From positions 744,001-808,000 of the forward strand of contig NC_089430.1 of assembly GCF_026210795.1 (NCBI RefSeq): a DNA stretch of 64,000 bases. The letters are read 5' to 3'. Position numbers and translations under genes: made by a program. The stretch's first letter is position 1; every line of letters begins with the position of its first letter. This stretch comes from Rhizophagus irregularis. Its lineage: Eukaryota. This document shows, in pieces, positions 11,721-27,300 of the stretch. The notes under the pieces are model-generated. The model saw nothing but the letters and a program-made list of their open reading frames with translations, had not been told where the DNA came from and did not search any database.

Positions 11721-14700
11721 AATAAACAGGAGAGAAAAAGAGATAGTGGAAAATGAAAAGTAGTAATACAAAAAATAAAAAAATGATCATGATAGGAGGT
11801 TTGGTAATGATAGGAAACCAAGTAAAAAATAAAACCATAAATTAAAAAAAAATAAAGTTAGTAAGAAATAAAATATAAGATAGAAACGAAATAAAAAAAA
11901 ATAAATAAAAAGTAAAAAAACATACTTTATTAATTGTGGAACTGAAAGAACTAAATAGTATGACTGGAAATATTCAGATGTGATAGAAAATATAGTTTAT
12001 ACTTTAATTGATTAGATATTAGAAACTGTTTAACCAATAAAAAAAAATCAGAAAATGTACAAATATAACCGAAGTTTTTTGGATGTTGATCACACCTCTT
12101 TTCATTTTGTAGCCAATCGTTAAATTTCAAACAAGTTGATAGTCAATCATGTGATATTAGTTTATTAAATGAGACAATATCTTAGAAAAATAAAGAAACT
12201 ATTAAAATAATCTAAATTGATCATACGCAAAGTTTATTATTACGATAATTGTAGACTAACATTATTTTCATATTTTCAATTTTAAATAATACATTAAAGA
12301 TGATATTTGTACAAAAAGAATACAAAGATTCGTAAGTAGTATTCTAATAATTTATTGATTTTTTTAAACTTCATTTGAAAGTTTCCCCAATAACTTTTTT
12401 AAATAATGATATGAATGTTTTGAGAAATAAGTGTTTAGAATCGTAGCTAATTTTGTGAAGGCTAATATAGTAAAAATTCCCATCTATTATATTGTAAGTA
12501 ATGTGGCGTCGCTGCTCTAAAATTTCTAATTATAATTTACAAAGAGATAAAATGAATTAAGTTGGTAATAATAACTTTTTGTAAGTTCACTTTTTTTTTA
12601 AAAAAAAAAACATAGCCAGTTTATGTGAACAAATTGTCCGACTAATTTGGAATTTGTGTAAAAATTGACTGTTAATCATCACGTGGGTTATGATATTGCT
12701 AAATATATCGCTTACAACGCTTTTAATAAAACATAATATGATAGAATTAATTCATGACAAGCTGGACAAGCTGACTAGTCTGACTTTTAACAGATTATTT
12801 AAAAACGCGTGATATTTCAATAACGGATAACTACGATAACTATAGCTTTTGATGATGATAATTGATTAATTGATTAATTTAATTAATTGACGCGTTTGGT
12901 AAATAATTATATAATTATAATGTCTACGCCAACTTTCATAAGCTAAACCAATCAGAATTTGAAGACAATACGCTATTTATTTGTACAAAAATTAAAAATC
13001 TCAAGTCTATTTTATTTATTTGCTGTCAATATAAAAAAATGGCTTGTCTTCATATTTTTCAGGTCTATTACAACTCGAGCCTTTCACCATGCAGCAGGTC
13101 TGTATAGTTTCTTACTGGGTTTCTTTTCGGTTCTTTGCTTAAACGTTTTTAACGAGGCCATCACTTACTTTTTTATGATTTCTTTAATTTTCTTTTTAAT
13201 CTTTTTCATTTAATTATAGATTTTCATAAATCAGAAACTGGACAACTATTAGTTATTTGTATTAAGAAATTATACAATAGCAATTCAGACTTCTGCTCTA
13301 TAAGGAATTTGAAAAAAAAATAGGAAGAGGTGAACATGTTACCTCCTCTTTTCATCTGGATTTTTCAAAAATATCCTGAGTCAGCTGCACATTTTTTCAG
13401 AAGGTTTATCCAATTACACTTAATATGATGTATGGTAAAATATTGGAATAACTTTTAGATTGTGTATGTACTAATTTTAATATTTATTTTTAAAATTAAC
13501 TAATCAGCTGATTTCTCACTTCCTAACTGGATATTTCCCAAAGGCTGGATGAGGGTATGGCTAAAAAAGCACTGATTTATGTATATACTGAATTTATTAT
13601 TCCTCACATTTTTTCATTTAAATTACCAAATATTTTTTTAGAAAGTATGGGTTAAACTCCTGAGAACATGGTTTAAATGTATCTTTTTATTTAATAGAGC
13701 AGAATTGTACAGTTTTTATGAACTTTTTTATTTTATTTATTTTTTTGTTTTATTCTCCTTATTCTTCGTTTGATGACTGGCTTATAATTGTGGCAGCATC
13801 CAGAAAATATTTAACTATATAATGTTAAGGAATGTATTATTTATTATTGTATTTTGAAGTATTAGGGGTTGGACACTTCAAATTTGATTTTTGAAAGTGA
13901 AAGAGTATGGCGAGAGTAGGGGTCATATTCAATAATTTAGTTTTGAAATGAAAAATTTTAATTAATAAATATGGGTAATTTTGCAGTGTATGAATTAACA
14001 ATTTTTTCAGTATATGATATGTATTGCGATATTATTTGTATAAACAGTGTTTTCATCTCATTATAATTTATAGTTTTGCAAAAGATCCTGAATTAGAATA
14101 TTATACATTAGTTATGAAATACGAGATATCATGCTTACCATATTATACTTTCCACTTTTATTGTCGAAATTTTGTAAAAATTTTACAATTAGTTAAAATT
14201 AGTTACAGTTAACTAGGAGATGGAAGTTATCAAGAGCAAAAAAATATTTCCATAAATCTCGTGAAACAAGATGGTTAATTTTAATCTTTAGAAATTGCGT
14301 GAAAATTAGTTTTTCCCATGAAATAGATGTTTAAAAATTGTTCTTATCATTAAAGTATTGTGAACTTATATAGTGTCGCAGCCGTCGTCCACAAAAATGG
14401 TATCCGGATTTATATTCTGAATCTTTGGGATTAGGTTAATGGTATTAGGGTTGTAATTTTGTTGCATAGTGTCTCATCCTAACCAGCTACCATTTTTTAC
14501 GACATCTCACATGATAAATTGTCTTCCTAAAGCATAATCCTACGTTTCACTCAATAAAATATTGATAAAAATGATATATTTAAATAATTTAAATATATAG
14601 TAAGTTAACTACAAAATCGCCAGAAAACAGCCCAAATAAATAATAATAAAATATAGATAATATACATATATATTTTAAGATTTTTACGAAACAAAAAAAA

Positions 14701-14795
14701 ATCTAATACTACTTATTTAATGCATGAAGTCACAGTATCAAACAAAAAAGTTGACTAGTAAATTGTATATCAACCGTTTTATATAGGGTTTTTTC

Positions 14796-17267
14796 TTATT
14801 GTTCCTATCAGAATAAATATAATTAATCAATAAATAGTTCATATTAAAATTTAAATAAACAAAATAAAAAAAATAAATACTAACCAATTCTTTTTTAATA
14901 TTGCTAATATATTCTGATACTTTATGTATTCCATCATTTTCTTGATATAATTTATACCATTTTAAAGCCTTTCCTTTATTTACTGGTACTTGATTATCTA
15001 AAGTATCTATTCCATATTCATAACATATAGCTAAAGAATATTGAGAGGGTATAAATCCATTTTTAGCAGAATTTTTATATAATTCATATGCTTTAAAATT
15101 ATTTTTTTGTATACCATAACCATATTCATAAAAATTTGCAAGATAATATAAGGCTATATTACATCCATTGTTAGCAGCAATTTGATAAAATTTAAATGCT
15201 TTTTTGAGATCTTTTTTAATACCATATCCATAATGATAACACCTTCCAACATGATAATAACCATTTATAACATTATGCTGACTTGCATGTGTATACCACT
15301 TAAAAGCCATATCCAAATCTTTATCGACTCCAAACCCTTTATAATGAAAAAATCCAATAATCACTTTATAATGTTGTGTAGCTTGATTATTAGCAAAATA
15401 ATTCAAAATTTCGCGTGATTTTGCCTTATGATTTTCCAAAAATTTATAAAAATCGAAACTCTTTGTAAATCCATTATTGTGATATTTTAAATATGCTTGA
15501 AAAATTTCCTCTAAAAGAGTATTTGATTTTTTTTCGTTCTCATTATTTTTAGATGAAATGGGTGATGATGGTGGAGGTGTATCTAATAATACACACTAAT
15601 ATTATTAATAAATCATAAGCAAATCATAAATATACACGTACTTACTGGTTTGATTTTCAGTTTGATTAACGCTTTTATCCTCATTAATGTTAGACGAAAC
15701 GGGTGATGATGGCGGAGGTGTATCTAATAATACAACATTAATATTATTAATAAATCTTAAGCAAATCATTAATAAATAAATATGTACTTACTAGTTTGAT
15801 TTTCAGTTTGATTAACGCTTTTATCCTCATTAATGTTAGACGAAACGGATGATGATGGCGGAGGTTTATCTAATAACACAATATTAATGTTTTTAAATAA
15901 AATTTTAAACAAACCAACAATAAATAAATGTGCACTTACCAGTTTGATTTTCAGTTTGACTAACATCAGATGAGATGGATGATTTTCTTTCGTTATCAAT
16001 ATAAAATGAAACAGATGATAATGGTGTACCTAATAACGTATTGTCATTAGTATATGTAAACAAACATAATAACAAATAATATATTGTACTTACTGATTTG
16101 AAAATCACTTGATTTTGATGATTGAGATTCTGTTTCATTATTATTATTATTCTCAGTAATCTCCGAATAGCCTTCATTATCGGTGTTAAATTCTAAAGAA
16201 ATTTTATTTAATTTATCAAAAACATCATCAATAGTTGGTCTTAAATCTGGATTATCATCCCAACATTTCTGATAAAGATCCACATAAGATGAAGGTGTGT
16301 CAATTATTGGCTGTTCTCTATAACCCATTGCGATTTTATAACCTAAAATTTGAATTGGAATGGTTGAAAAAGGCGGATATCCACTTGAAATTTCCCATAA
16401 AAGAACACCTAAACTGTAAACATCAGACTTTTTATTTCTAACATAGTTGTCAGTTTTATAACATTGTGGTTCGACATATGCTGGCATTCCATAAATTTTT
16501 GAAATTGACGTAACATCGACAGTCGTTTGTTTGGATAATCCAAGGTCCGCAATCATCAATGTATTATCATTAACTAATATATTTTTTGCATGCTATAAAT
16601 AAAATAAAATGAAATAAAATTTTAGAATTTATATATTTATATTATAAAAAATAAATTTTATATTACCAAATCTCTATGAATTATTTCTCTAGAATGCAAA
16701 CACTTCAATCCCAATGTAATATCCAAAGCCATTTGAATTTTGTCTTTCCATTGAAGTGAAGCAAAGTTATTTTCTAAATATTCTCTTAAATTTCCCTGAT
16801 TGGCGTAGTGTAATACCATAATATAATTGTTTGATGACGGCTCTAAACCAATAATTAGTTAAAATAATTTTTTTATTTAAAAAAAAAGTATAAAATATTA
16901 TATCTTTACCTTTGGTAATTCCAAAACACCGGTTTATATTTGGATGAAAATTGACCTTTCTTAAATTCTTTAACTATTTAAAATACAATAATAATAAAAT
17001 TTAGGCTTAGTACTAACTACAGTATCATATTCAAAATTAATTACGTACCTCTTTAAGAAACTTGTTCATATTATCTTCATTGATTGAAGAATTGCTTGCA
17101 AGAATTTTTAATGCTACTTTACTTCTACAACTTTTCCAATCAGCTCTATTTACTATTCCGAAGGCTCCATTACCAATATTTTTCATATTGCTAAATTCAT
17201 TATACTCGAAATAATTGATATCATCATCTTTTATTTTTTTGTCAATCCAATCATTTGGTGATGTCAT
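14796..17267 (-). CDS. TKL-family protein kinase with C-terminal Sel1-like repeats (9 exons)
   Basis: GT-AG exons 17267-17049, 16973-16910, 16842-16667, 16592-16094, 16029-15940, 15869-15792, 15723-15646, 15582-14885, 14804-14796. Motifs GNGAFG, VALK, HRDL|HAKN, DLG, YVEPQ, SDVYSLG; Sel1 repeats such as GYGIKKDLKKAFKFYQIAANNG. Confidence 0.9.
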
Positions 17268-19818
17268 ATTTAAGAATAATGTGCAAAAGATTTAAACTTA
17301 GCCTAAATCGTTTTTTGTAAAAAAAAAAAAATTAAGCGTCTTAGGAATTTTGACTTTTTATGCTGATCAATAGCCGCAATGCTATTTTCGTTAATGAATG
17401 AAGCATGTAAGGACTGATTTTCATACGATTGTGATTTTGTTCGTAATACAAAGAGGACACGCACATGAAAGACAATCCACGTGATTTTTTCACCACCGGT
17501 GTCACACTACTATATCAAACGCACGCCATACTTAAAGCTATTTCATGACATTTTTTCGTGGTTACTTATTAAAAACTTTACGCAATTCTTAAACAAAGTA
17601 CAATACAGAGGTAAAACGAGAATTTTTTGAAATAATGATGAAAACTTATAAAAGTTTGAGGCCATTATATTTATATGGACCTTACCGATTAATATTCTTG
17701 ATAGGCTCTTGGTAGGTAGCTTGTTATAACGAAATGCAGAAATAACATAAATACATAATTGGTAAAAAGATTATGCAAAAAAAAAAAATTTTGGCGTTGA
17801 ATTTATTCTCCGATTCCCATGTATTTATTGAAAAAGGTGAATTAATGTTATCGCGTATTTAACAAATGTGGCTTTTTGTATGATCAATCTACTTGAAACA
17901 CATCACATAGATTTAAAAAATTAAGTACAGTAACTCTGTGTGATGTAAGATTTTCATGTTCCACCAAAACCATTTTACTATTTTTCCCAAGTCTAAACAT
18001 ATAAGCTTGTTTAAAGTAAACGATAAATCACTGTTTACAAAGTCCAAATGGGCATTTCACAATCAAGGTATGAATAAATATGCATTTGATAACATCTTTT
18101 CATACAGATTTCCAAAAACATTATTAGCATCACAGAAAAAAATATTTTTTTTCGTGTGGGTAGATGTGTATTAAAAAATGCTTTTCTTGGCAAAATTTCG
18201 CTGTCCATTTGTCAGAATGTCACATTATTTTGAATGCTTATATACAGTGCATAAAAAGAATTTTTGCTTGAAAATAGAATCCATAATTAACTTAGGAAAG
18301 AAATGCTAGAATTATGGTCAAGCAGTTTTTTTTAAAAAAAAATTGACTCGCATAAAATCTGTACTGAATGACAATTAATCAATAAAATTAATCACATGGC
18401 ACCGAATTTATCGATATTTTAATACAAATAATTTACCTATAACATTATAGTTTACCTATAACATATAAAGCAAAATAAACATTTATAAATTTAATATAAG
18501 GATTATTTATTATTTCTTTAGATACATTATCTTGTCTAATACTGTATATACAGTAGAAAATATATGAAAAAAATTAATTACCAAAAAGCATGATTGTATT
18601 CTTAAAGTAGTATAAAACCGTTTAATGACTTGAGAGTAACGCGCAAAACATAATAACAATATTTGATTCAATTAGGCAATGACGTGACAGTCGTGACATG
18701 ACAAAGTTTGATACAATCTTTAATGAGGGCTTGAGAAATTTTCTCCGTTAGATAGTTAATATGTAGAATATCAATAAATCAGTAACCGATTTGGCAAAGA
18801 AGTATATTGTTATAAATATAAATAAAATATTGTCTTTTCTTCATGAATCTTTAATATCAATCTTATAATTTTACATCGCTTATAGCGTCATATTAAGTTA
18901 GTACCCGCGTCATAAATCTAAGTGTAAAAGTTTTAAAATTCCTAAAATTAGTATATCTAATTTTTGCTATATATTACCAAAGTACTACAGATTTCTTGAT
19001 ATAATTATATAATCAGTGTTATTAGCAACGCTACAATTCATCAAGGAGTAGCTTCTGTATAATAATAACGATATGTTTATAATAAATTAAAATATTTTAA
19101 CTTGGCAAGAACACAGCACGATGATCAAATAAGTTTATTATCTATACGGGAACGTACTTTTATATTAAATCAAAATATGTAATTTTATAAATTGGTGGTT
19201 AATCGATTCCATAAATCAGGTAAATATAAAAAAATCAATCCAACATAAATAATTTTCTTTTTGATTATTAATAAACTTGATTATTAATAACATACTTCTT
19301 AAATATTTTATCAAACTTATGAAAATACCTTTAGTAAGTTGTTTATTTTTGAGTATTCTTAAAAAATACTTTTTTTCCTTAATATTTTAACGGAATAATT
19401 TATAATATATTTAGTTGAAATTATCCATTCAGAAGAAAGTTCATGATTAATAGGACTAGATATTCAAAGTGTAATTATATTGTAGAGGACGAGACAATTG
19501 CAAAAATCCACTTTATGTGTTAAACAAATTGGTATATTCAAAGTTACTGGAAAAATTCCATCAAGCCGTACTTCTTATAAAGAAAATGCATGGTTATAAC
19601 TTTTGGTAAATATAATATTAATACTATATTTTTTAATTTCCGATAATAGAAATACTCATTTATAAGTACATATTAAAAGGTGAAAGTTATAATCAAGATG
19701 ATTTGAGTAATAATAACGAATATGTTTTGACATCATCTTTTGACCTCTATATTTTCGCAGTTCGGTGATATTTCAACCTCCCTACCCAATAATTATTTAT
19801 ATAATATATTTATCATTT

Positions 19819-19950
19819 GGGTCTGGTACAAATCCCGAATGTCAAAATCCCGAAAATCCCGAACCGGGCAGCATTATGCTTAATGTTGGCCAATATTTCG
19901 GGATTTCGTACCATTCGGGATTTTGACATTCGGGATTTTGTACGGATCCC
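19819..19950. mobile_element. Short palindromic MITE-like element
   Basis: TIR GGGTCTGGTACAAATCCCGAATGTCAAAATCCCGAA / TTCGGGATTTTGACATTCGGGATTTTGTACGGATCCC. No clear TSD. Confidence 0.75.
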
Positions 19951-20319
19951 ATCAACGTCAATCAATGACAACCTAATACATAATTAAATACACATTCAGA
20001 TGTTACAACTGGTATAATTATTGGATCTTTAGTTAATGACATTTTTATTAATAAATAGTTGGAACTTTTTTATTTATACAAATGGTATAAAAGCAAAAAA
20101 GAACGAAATAACCTAATAATCTAATTCATAATCAAGGATAAGAAATATCTTGATTTCTGAAAATTCATAAAATCATGTACGAGGAATAATCCCTATGACA
20201 AATAGAAATGTATAGTGAAGTATATGATTTGTAAAGATACAAGGAGTAACTTTACGATTGAACAGCAAATTTTCGAAAAAGTAATATTATTTTTATATTA
20301 AATATTATATCTTGCTATA

Positions 20320-20611
20320 CATTACGGCGGATTTATGAAATTTTGCAAAAACTCCTGCTGCGTCCTCGGGAATTAAAATTGACTTACGCTTTTTCCCTAA
20401 AAAATATCAAATAATGACAACCTTTAACACTAGAAAAATTGGTTAGATAGTTGGAAAATTGGTTAGACGCAAGATTTGGATACAAAAAAATTTTTTGGGG
20501 CACATTTTTGACTGTTCACTAATAAATTTGGGACTTAAATAACTAAAATACTGACGAATATTTATTTGCACGATGGACAAATTTTGGGTATTTCATAAAT
20601 CCGCCATGATG
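20320..20611. mobile_element. MITE with ~22-bp TIRs (CACTA-like terminus, tentative)
   Basis: CATTACGGCGGATTTATGAAAT ... ATTTCATAAATCCGCCATGATG. Confidence 0.7.
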
Positions 20612-21350
20612 AAATTATAATTTATATTTAATAAATTTCCAATTTTTATTATTGACATTAAGGTCCTATAATTATCCAGACAGCATCAAATAGTAACCTT
20701 AAAGGTGAAAGAAAGAAAAAAAATGAGAGAAAATATTGGCAAAAAAAATAATTATGTAACACCGCAGTGTCAAGATCTTATATTACTTTTTTTTTTATTA
20801 TTGTTATAATATTTATGTGACTTGAATCTAAGATTATGAAGGAAAAAAAATTTAAACACAATTCGGTTTAAAAAAACCAAATCGAAAAGAAATTTAAAAT
20901 ATTTTTAAAAAAACTTTGGTTATAGAAAAAAAAAACAAACAAAAAAAGGAAAAAAATCGTATAAAAAAAAACTGGAAAAAAAACTGGAAAAAAAAATTTG
21001 AAAAAAAAGGTTTGGTTGGAAAAAAATAAAAAAAATGTAATTATATATATCTTTATACGATATACTATACATAAATGCGTGTTACTAAACTTTTTTTATC
21101 AGGATTGTAAGGAATAAAACTAATCAAAATTTCATTAACTATATACATAAATATATATATTTGTGTATATATATATCTGGAACTGGATTAGCCACACAAA
21201 TTTTACCGATTAGTCATTGGGACTTACACATGACTCTAATAGTATCACATGTTTTCCTTATACAATTCAAATTATTTCTATGGAGGTATTCTAAACGTCA
21301 GAAGAATAATTTTTAATTGTATAGGTATGCACATCTTGATCTCATTTAGA

Positions 21351-24300
21351 TTAGATTGCGTAATCTAAACCTTGAGAATTATCATCATATTCTGGAAGGT
21401 CATCTGTAAAAGGATTAAGTAATCGAGATGTGTAAATAGCTTGTGGATGGGTAACTACTTGGTAATTTTTAATGGATGAAAGATTTGCTTTTCTATATTC
21501 TTCTGCTTTCTTAAATTGCATTCCAATTTCTTCATTTTCTGTGGAAAAATCCACCATATATGACTTATGTAATGACTCAATTAATTTATTTATACCAAAA
21601 ATATCTGGTCTATTATTCGGGTTTAAATCCCAACACTTTTTCATTAAATCAATATACCATTTTGGTGCTTCTGGTTCATTTATTTCAGGTCTAACTCCTT
21701 TACAAATATCTAATGCAAGAAGATGATCATGTGCACGATTGTAAAAAGGTTGTTTTCCAGTTGCTACAAAATACATTATCATACCAAAACTATAGATATC
21801 TGATTCCTGGGTATAAGGCCTCCTTCTCAATACTTCAGGAGCCACATAAGGCATAACTCCATAGATTTTAGTTTCATCTATATCTATATCACCAACTTTT
21901 CCACATAATCCCATATCTGAAATTAATATCCAATCCTCAAAATTATGCATTTTACTTAAAAATAATATACTTTTTTGATGAATTTCTTTAAGGCCATTAA
22001 TAATATTGAGCAGTGCAAGTAGTTTATCTTTCCAATTAAAATACTCGTAGTTTTCATTTATCCAATGATTGAAATTGCCTTCTGCTGCATATTGGAGAAC
22101 CATAACATATTCTTTCGTATCTGGATGTTGAGATATTCCATATATATTAAGAATATTACTTTCTATATTTATTGAGTATTTTTTAACCTATTAAATATTT
22201 AAGTAACAAAAAATAGTTAAATTTATAAAGAATTTTTCTATTAAAATGATTTTTAAAAAATTTCATACCTCATTTAAAAATTTATTACTAATATTTTGTG
22301 ACTTATGTAAGCATTTTAAGGCAACTATTTTATTTGGTTTCCTTTTATATATATTTTTATCTGTACCATATTTTAATGGACCATTTTTCCAATTTGCAGA
22401 ATATACTGTAGCAAAGCCACCTTCACCTACTTTCTTAAAATTATTGAACTGATTATATGGTATCCATTCAACTACTATATCATCACATTTATTAACTTTT
22501 AATTGCATTTCTTGAATGAAATCATCAATTTTTTTATTTCCACTCGTCCACATAAGAACTAAAATATAATCACCTGTATATGAATTTTGAGAAATTCCAT
22601 ACAATACTTGAAAAGCTTTATGCTTTGTTGGATAAATTTTAGCCTAAACATAAATAAAGAGATTGTAAACATATTAATTACTAAAAAAAGTATTAAATAC
22701 TTAAAAAAATTTCATACCTCATTTATTAAAGAATCAATAGATTCTTGTGAATTATGTAAATATTTTAAAGCAACTTTTTTATTTGAATCTCTTGTATAAT
22801 ATTTATCATCCTGATGCTTTTTGTGTAATGGACCATCCTTCCATATTGCTAAATATGATGTTATAAGGTCATTTTTGCCTGTTTCTTCAATTTCATTAAA
22901 CTGATTGTATGGTATCCATTCAAGTATTATATCATCATAATCATTAATTTTAAGTTGCCTTTCTTGAATGAAATTATCAATTCTTTCATTTCCACTAATC
23001 CAATTTATCAAGTTTATAGTATAACTTTGAACAAAAACATAATCACCTGTATCTGAATTTTGAGATATTCCATACAATAATTGAAATGCTTCATGTTTTG
23101 TTGAATATTTTTTAGCCTAATAAAAGAGATTGTAAATAAATATATTAATTAAAAAGTATTTAAATATTTAAAGAAATTACATACCTCATTTATTAAAGAA
23201 TCAATGGATTCTTGTGAATTATGTAAACATTTTAGAGCAACTTTTTTATATGAATCCCTTGTAAACTCTCTATACTGATAATGTAATGGACCATCCTTCC
23301 ATATTGCAGAATATATTGTTATAAGACCATTTTTGCCTGTTTCTTTAATTTCATTAAACTGATTGTATGGTATCCATTCAAATACTATATCACTATGATA
23401 GTTATAAATTTGTAATTGCATTTCTTGGATGAAATTATCAATTTTTTCGTTTCCACTAATCCAATTTACCATGTTTATAGTATAACTTTGAACCAAAATA
23501 TAATCTCCTGTATCATTATTTTGAGATATTCCATATAATGCTTGAATTGCATCATATACTGTTGAATATTTTTTAGCCTAAATATAAATAAAAAAGGTTG
23601 TAAATATATTTAACTAAAAAAATATTAAATATTTGTAGAAATTTCATACCTCATTTATTAAAGAATCAATTGATTGTGAATTATTTAAATATTTTAAAGC
23701 AACTTTTTTATTTGAATCTCTTGTGTACTCACTATACTCACTATCATATTTAAGTAATGGACCATCCTTCCATATTGCAGAATATATTGTTATAAGGCCA
23801 TTTTTGCCTGTCTCTTTAATTTCATTGAACTGATTGTATGGTATCCATTCAAGCACTATATCACTATGATAGTTATAAATTTGTAATTGCATTTCTTGGA
23901 TGAATTCATCAATTTTTTCATTTCCACTTGTCCACATAAGAACTAAAATATAATCTTCTGTATCTGGATTTTGAGATATTCCATACAATTCTTGAAATAC
24001 ATTATGTTTTATTGGATATTTTTCAGCCTAAGTATAAATAAAGAGATTGTAAATATATTAATTAAAAAGTATTTAAATATTTGAAGAAATTTCATACCTC
24101 ATTTATTAAAGAATTAATGGATTCTAAACATTTAAAAGCAACTTCTTCATTTGAATATCTTTCATACTGATCATATAATGGACCATCCTTCCATATTGCA
24201 GAATATACACCATTTTTGCCTGTTTTCTTAATTTTATAAAACTGATTGTATGGTATCCATTCAAGTACTATTTTATAATGGGCATTAATTTTTTGAATGA

Positions 24301-27300
24301 AATCATCAATTTTTTTACTTCCACTAATCCAATTTGTCAAGTTTTTAGTATGACTTTGAACCAAAATATAATCTCCTGTACTTTGATTTAGAGATATTCC
24401 ATACAATACTTGAAATGCATCATATTTTGTTGAATATTTTTTAGCCTAAATATAAATAAAAAAATTATAAATATATTAATTAGAAAAATATTTAAATATT
24501 TGAAGAAATTTCGTACCTCATTTATTAAAGAATCAATTGATTGTAAATTATGTAAATATTTTAAAGCAACTTTTTTATTTGAATCTCTTGTGTATTCACT
24601 ATTCTGATAATTAAATGGACCATCCTTCCATATTGCAGAATATATTGTTACAAGACCATTTTTGCTTGAATCTTTAATTTCATTAAACTGATTGTATGGT
24701 ATCCATTCAAATACTATATCATTATATTTATTAATTTTTAATTGCATTTCTTGGATGAAATCATCAATTATTTCATTTCCACTAATCCAATTTGTCAAGT
24801 TTATAGTATAACTTTGAACCAAAATATAATCTCCTGTATTTTGATTTTGAGATATTCCATACAATACTTGAAATAATCCATTGTCTGTTAAATATTTTCT
24901 AGCCTAAATATAAATAAAGAGATTGTAAACATATTAGGTACAAAAAAAGTATTAAATACTTAAAGAAATTTCATACCTCATTTATTAAAGAATCAATAGA
25001 TTCTTGTGAATTATGTAAATATTTTAAAGCAACTTTTTTATTTGAATCCCTCGTATAATTTTTATCATCCTTATGCTTTTTGTGTAATGGACCATCCTTC
25101 CATATTGCAGAATATAAAGTTATAAGGCCATTTTTGCCTGTTTCTTTAATTTCATTAAACTGATTGTATGGTATCCATTCAAGTACTATACCATTATATT
25201 TATTAATTTTTAATTGCATTTCTTGGATGAAATCATCAATTTTTTTTATTTCCACTTGTCAATATATAATTATTTTGAACAAAAATATAATCTTGTGTAT
25301 CAGGATTTTGAGATATTCCATATAATATTTGAAATTTACCATCTTTTATTAGATATTTTTTAGCCTAATAAAAAAAGATTGTAAATATATTAATTAAAAA
25401 AGTATTTAAATATTTGAAGTTACTTCATACCTCATTTATCAAAGAATCAATTGATTGTGAATTATGTAAATATTTTAAAGCAACTTCTTTATATGAATCT
25501 CTTGTACAATCACTCCATTTATTTTTCTTATATAATGGACCATCCTTCCATATTGCAGAATATACTGTTATAAGGCCATTTTTGCCTGTCTCTTTAATTT
25601 CATTAAACTGATTGTATGGTATCCATTCAAGCACTATATCATCATATTCATTAATTTTAAGTTTCCTTTTTTGAATGAAATTATCAATTTTTTCGTTTCC
25701 ACTAATCCAATTTGTCAAGTTTATAGTATAACTTTGACCCAAAATATAATCTCCTGTATCTTGATTTTGAGATATTCCATACAATACTTGAAATGCTTTA
25801 TGTCTTGTTAGATATTTTTTAGCCTAAATGTAAATAAAAAAGATTGTAAATATATTAATAATTAAAAAAGTATTTAAATATTTGAAGAAATTTAATACCT
25901 CAGTTATTAAAGAATCAATGGATTCTTGTAAATTATGTAAACATTTTAAAGCAACTTTTTTATTTGAATTTCTTGTATACTCATTATACTGATAATGTAA
26001 TGGACCATCCTTCCATATTGCAGAATATATTGTTATAAGGCCATTTTTGCCTGTTTCTTTAATTTCATTAAACTGATTGTATGGTATCCATTCAATCACT
26101 ATATCATCACAATCATTAATTTTTAATTGCATTTCTTGGATGAAATTATCAATTTTTTCGTTTCCACTAATCCAATTTGCCATGTTTATAGTATAACTTT
26201 GAACTAAAATATAATCTCCTGTATCTTGTTTTTGAGATATTCCATACAATACTTGAAATAATCCATTGTCTGTTAAATATCTTTTAGCCTAAATATAAAT
26301 AAAAGTGATTGTAAATATATTAATTAAAAAAGTATTCAGATAGTTGAAGAAATCTCATACCTCATTTATTAAAGAATCAATTGATTGTGAATTATGTAAA
26401 TATTTTAAAGCAACTTTTTTATTTGAATCTCTTGTGTATTCACTATTCTGATAATGTAATGGACCATCCTTCCATATTGCAAAATAAATTGTTATAAGGT
26501 TATTTTTGCCTGTCTCTTTAATTTCATTAAACTGATTGTATGGTATCCATTCAAATACTATATCATCACAATCATTAATTTTTAATTGCATTTCTTGGAT
26601 GAAATTATCAACTTTTTCAATTCCACTTATCCATATATAATTATTTTGAACCAAAATATAATCTCCTGTATCTTGACTTTGAGATATTCCATATAATATT
26701 TGAAAATTTTCATCTTTTGTTAGATATTTTTTAGCCTAACAAAAAGAGATTGTAAATATATTAATTAAAAAAGTATTTACATATTTAAAGTTACTTCATA
26801 CCTCATTTATCAAAGAATCAATTGATTGTGAATTATGTAAATATTTTAAAGCAACTTTTTTATTTGAATCTCTTGTATAATTTTTATCATCCTTATGCTT
26901 TTTGTGTAATGGACCATCCTTCCATATTGCAGAATATATTGTTATAAGGCCATTTTTGCCTGTTTCTTTAATTACATTAAACTGATCGTATGGTATCCAT
27001 TCAAATACTATATTATCATATTTATTAATATTTAATTTTTTTAATTGCATTTCTTTAATGAAATTATCAACTTTTTTAATTCCACTTATCCATATATAAT
27101 TATTTTGAACAAGAATATAATCTCCTGTATCTGGGTTTTGAGATATTCCAAATAATATTTGAAAATTTTCATCTTTTATTAGATATTTTTTAGCCTAATA
27201 AAAGAAATTGTAAATATATTAATTAAAAAAGTATTTAACTGAAATATTTGAAGAAATTTCATACCTTATTTATTAAAGAATCTATGGATTGAAAATTATG

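Noticed and set aside
11039..11838. Three overlapping 229-260 aa S/F/H/L-rich ORFs
   Set aside because: Open in all three frames only because the pyrimidine-rich minisatellite strand lacks stop codons.
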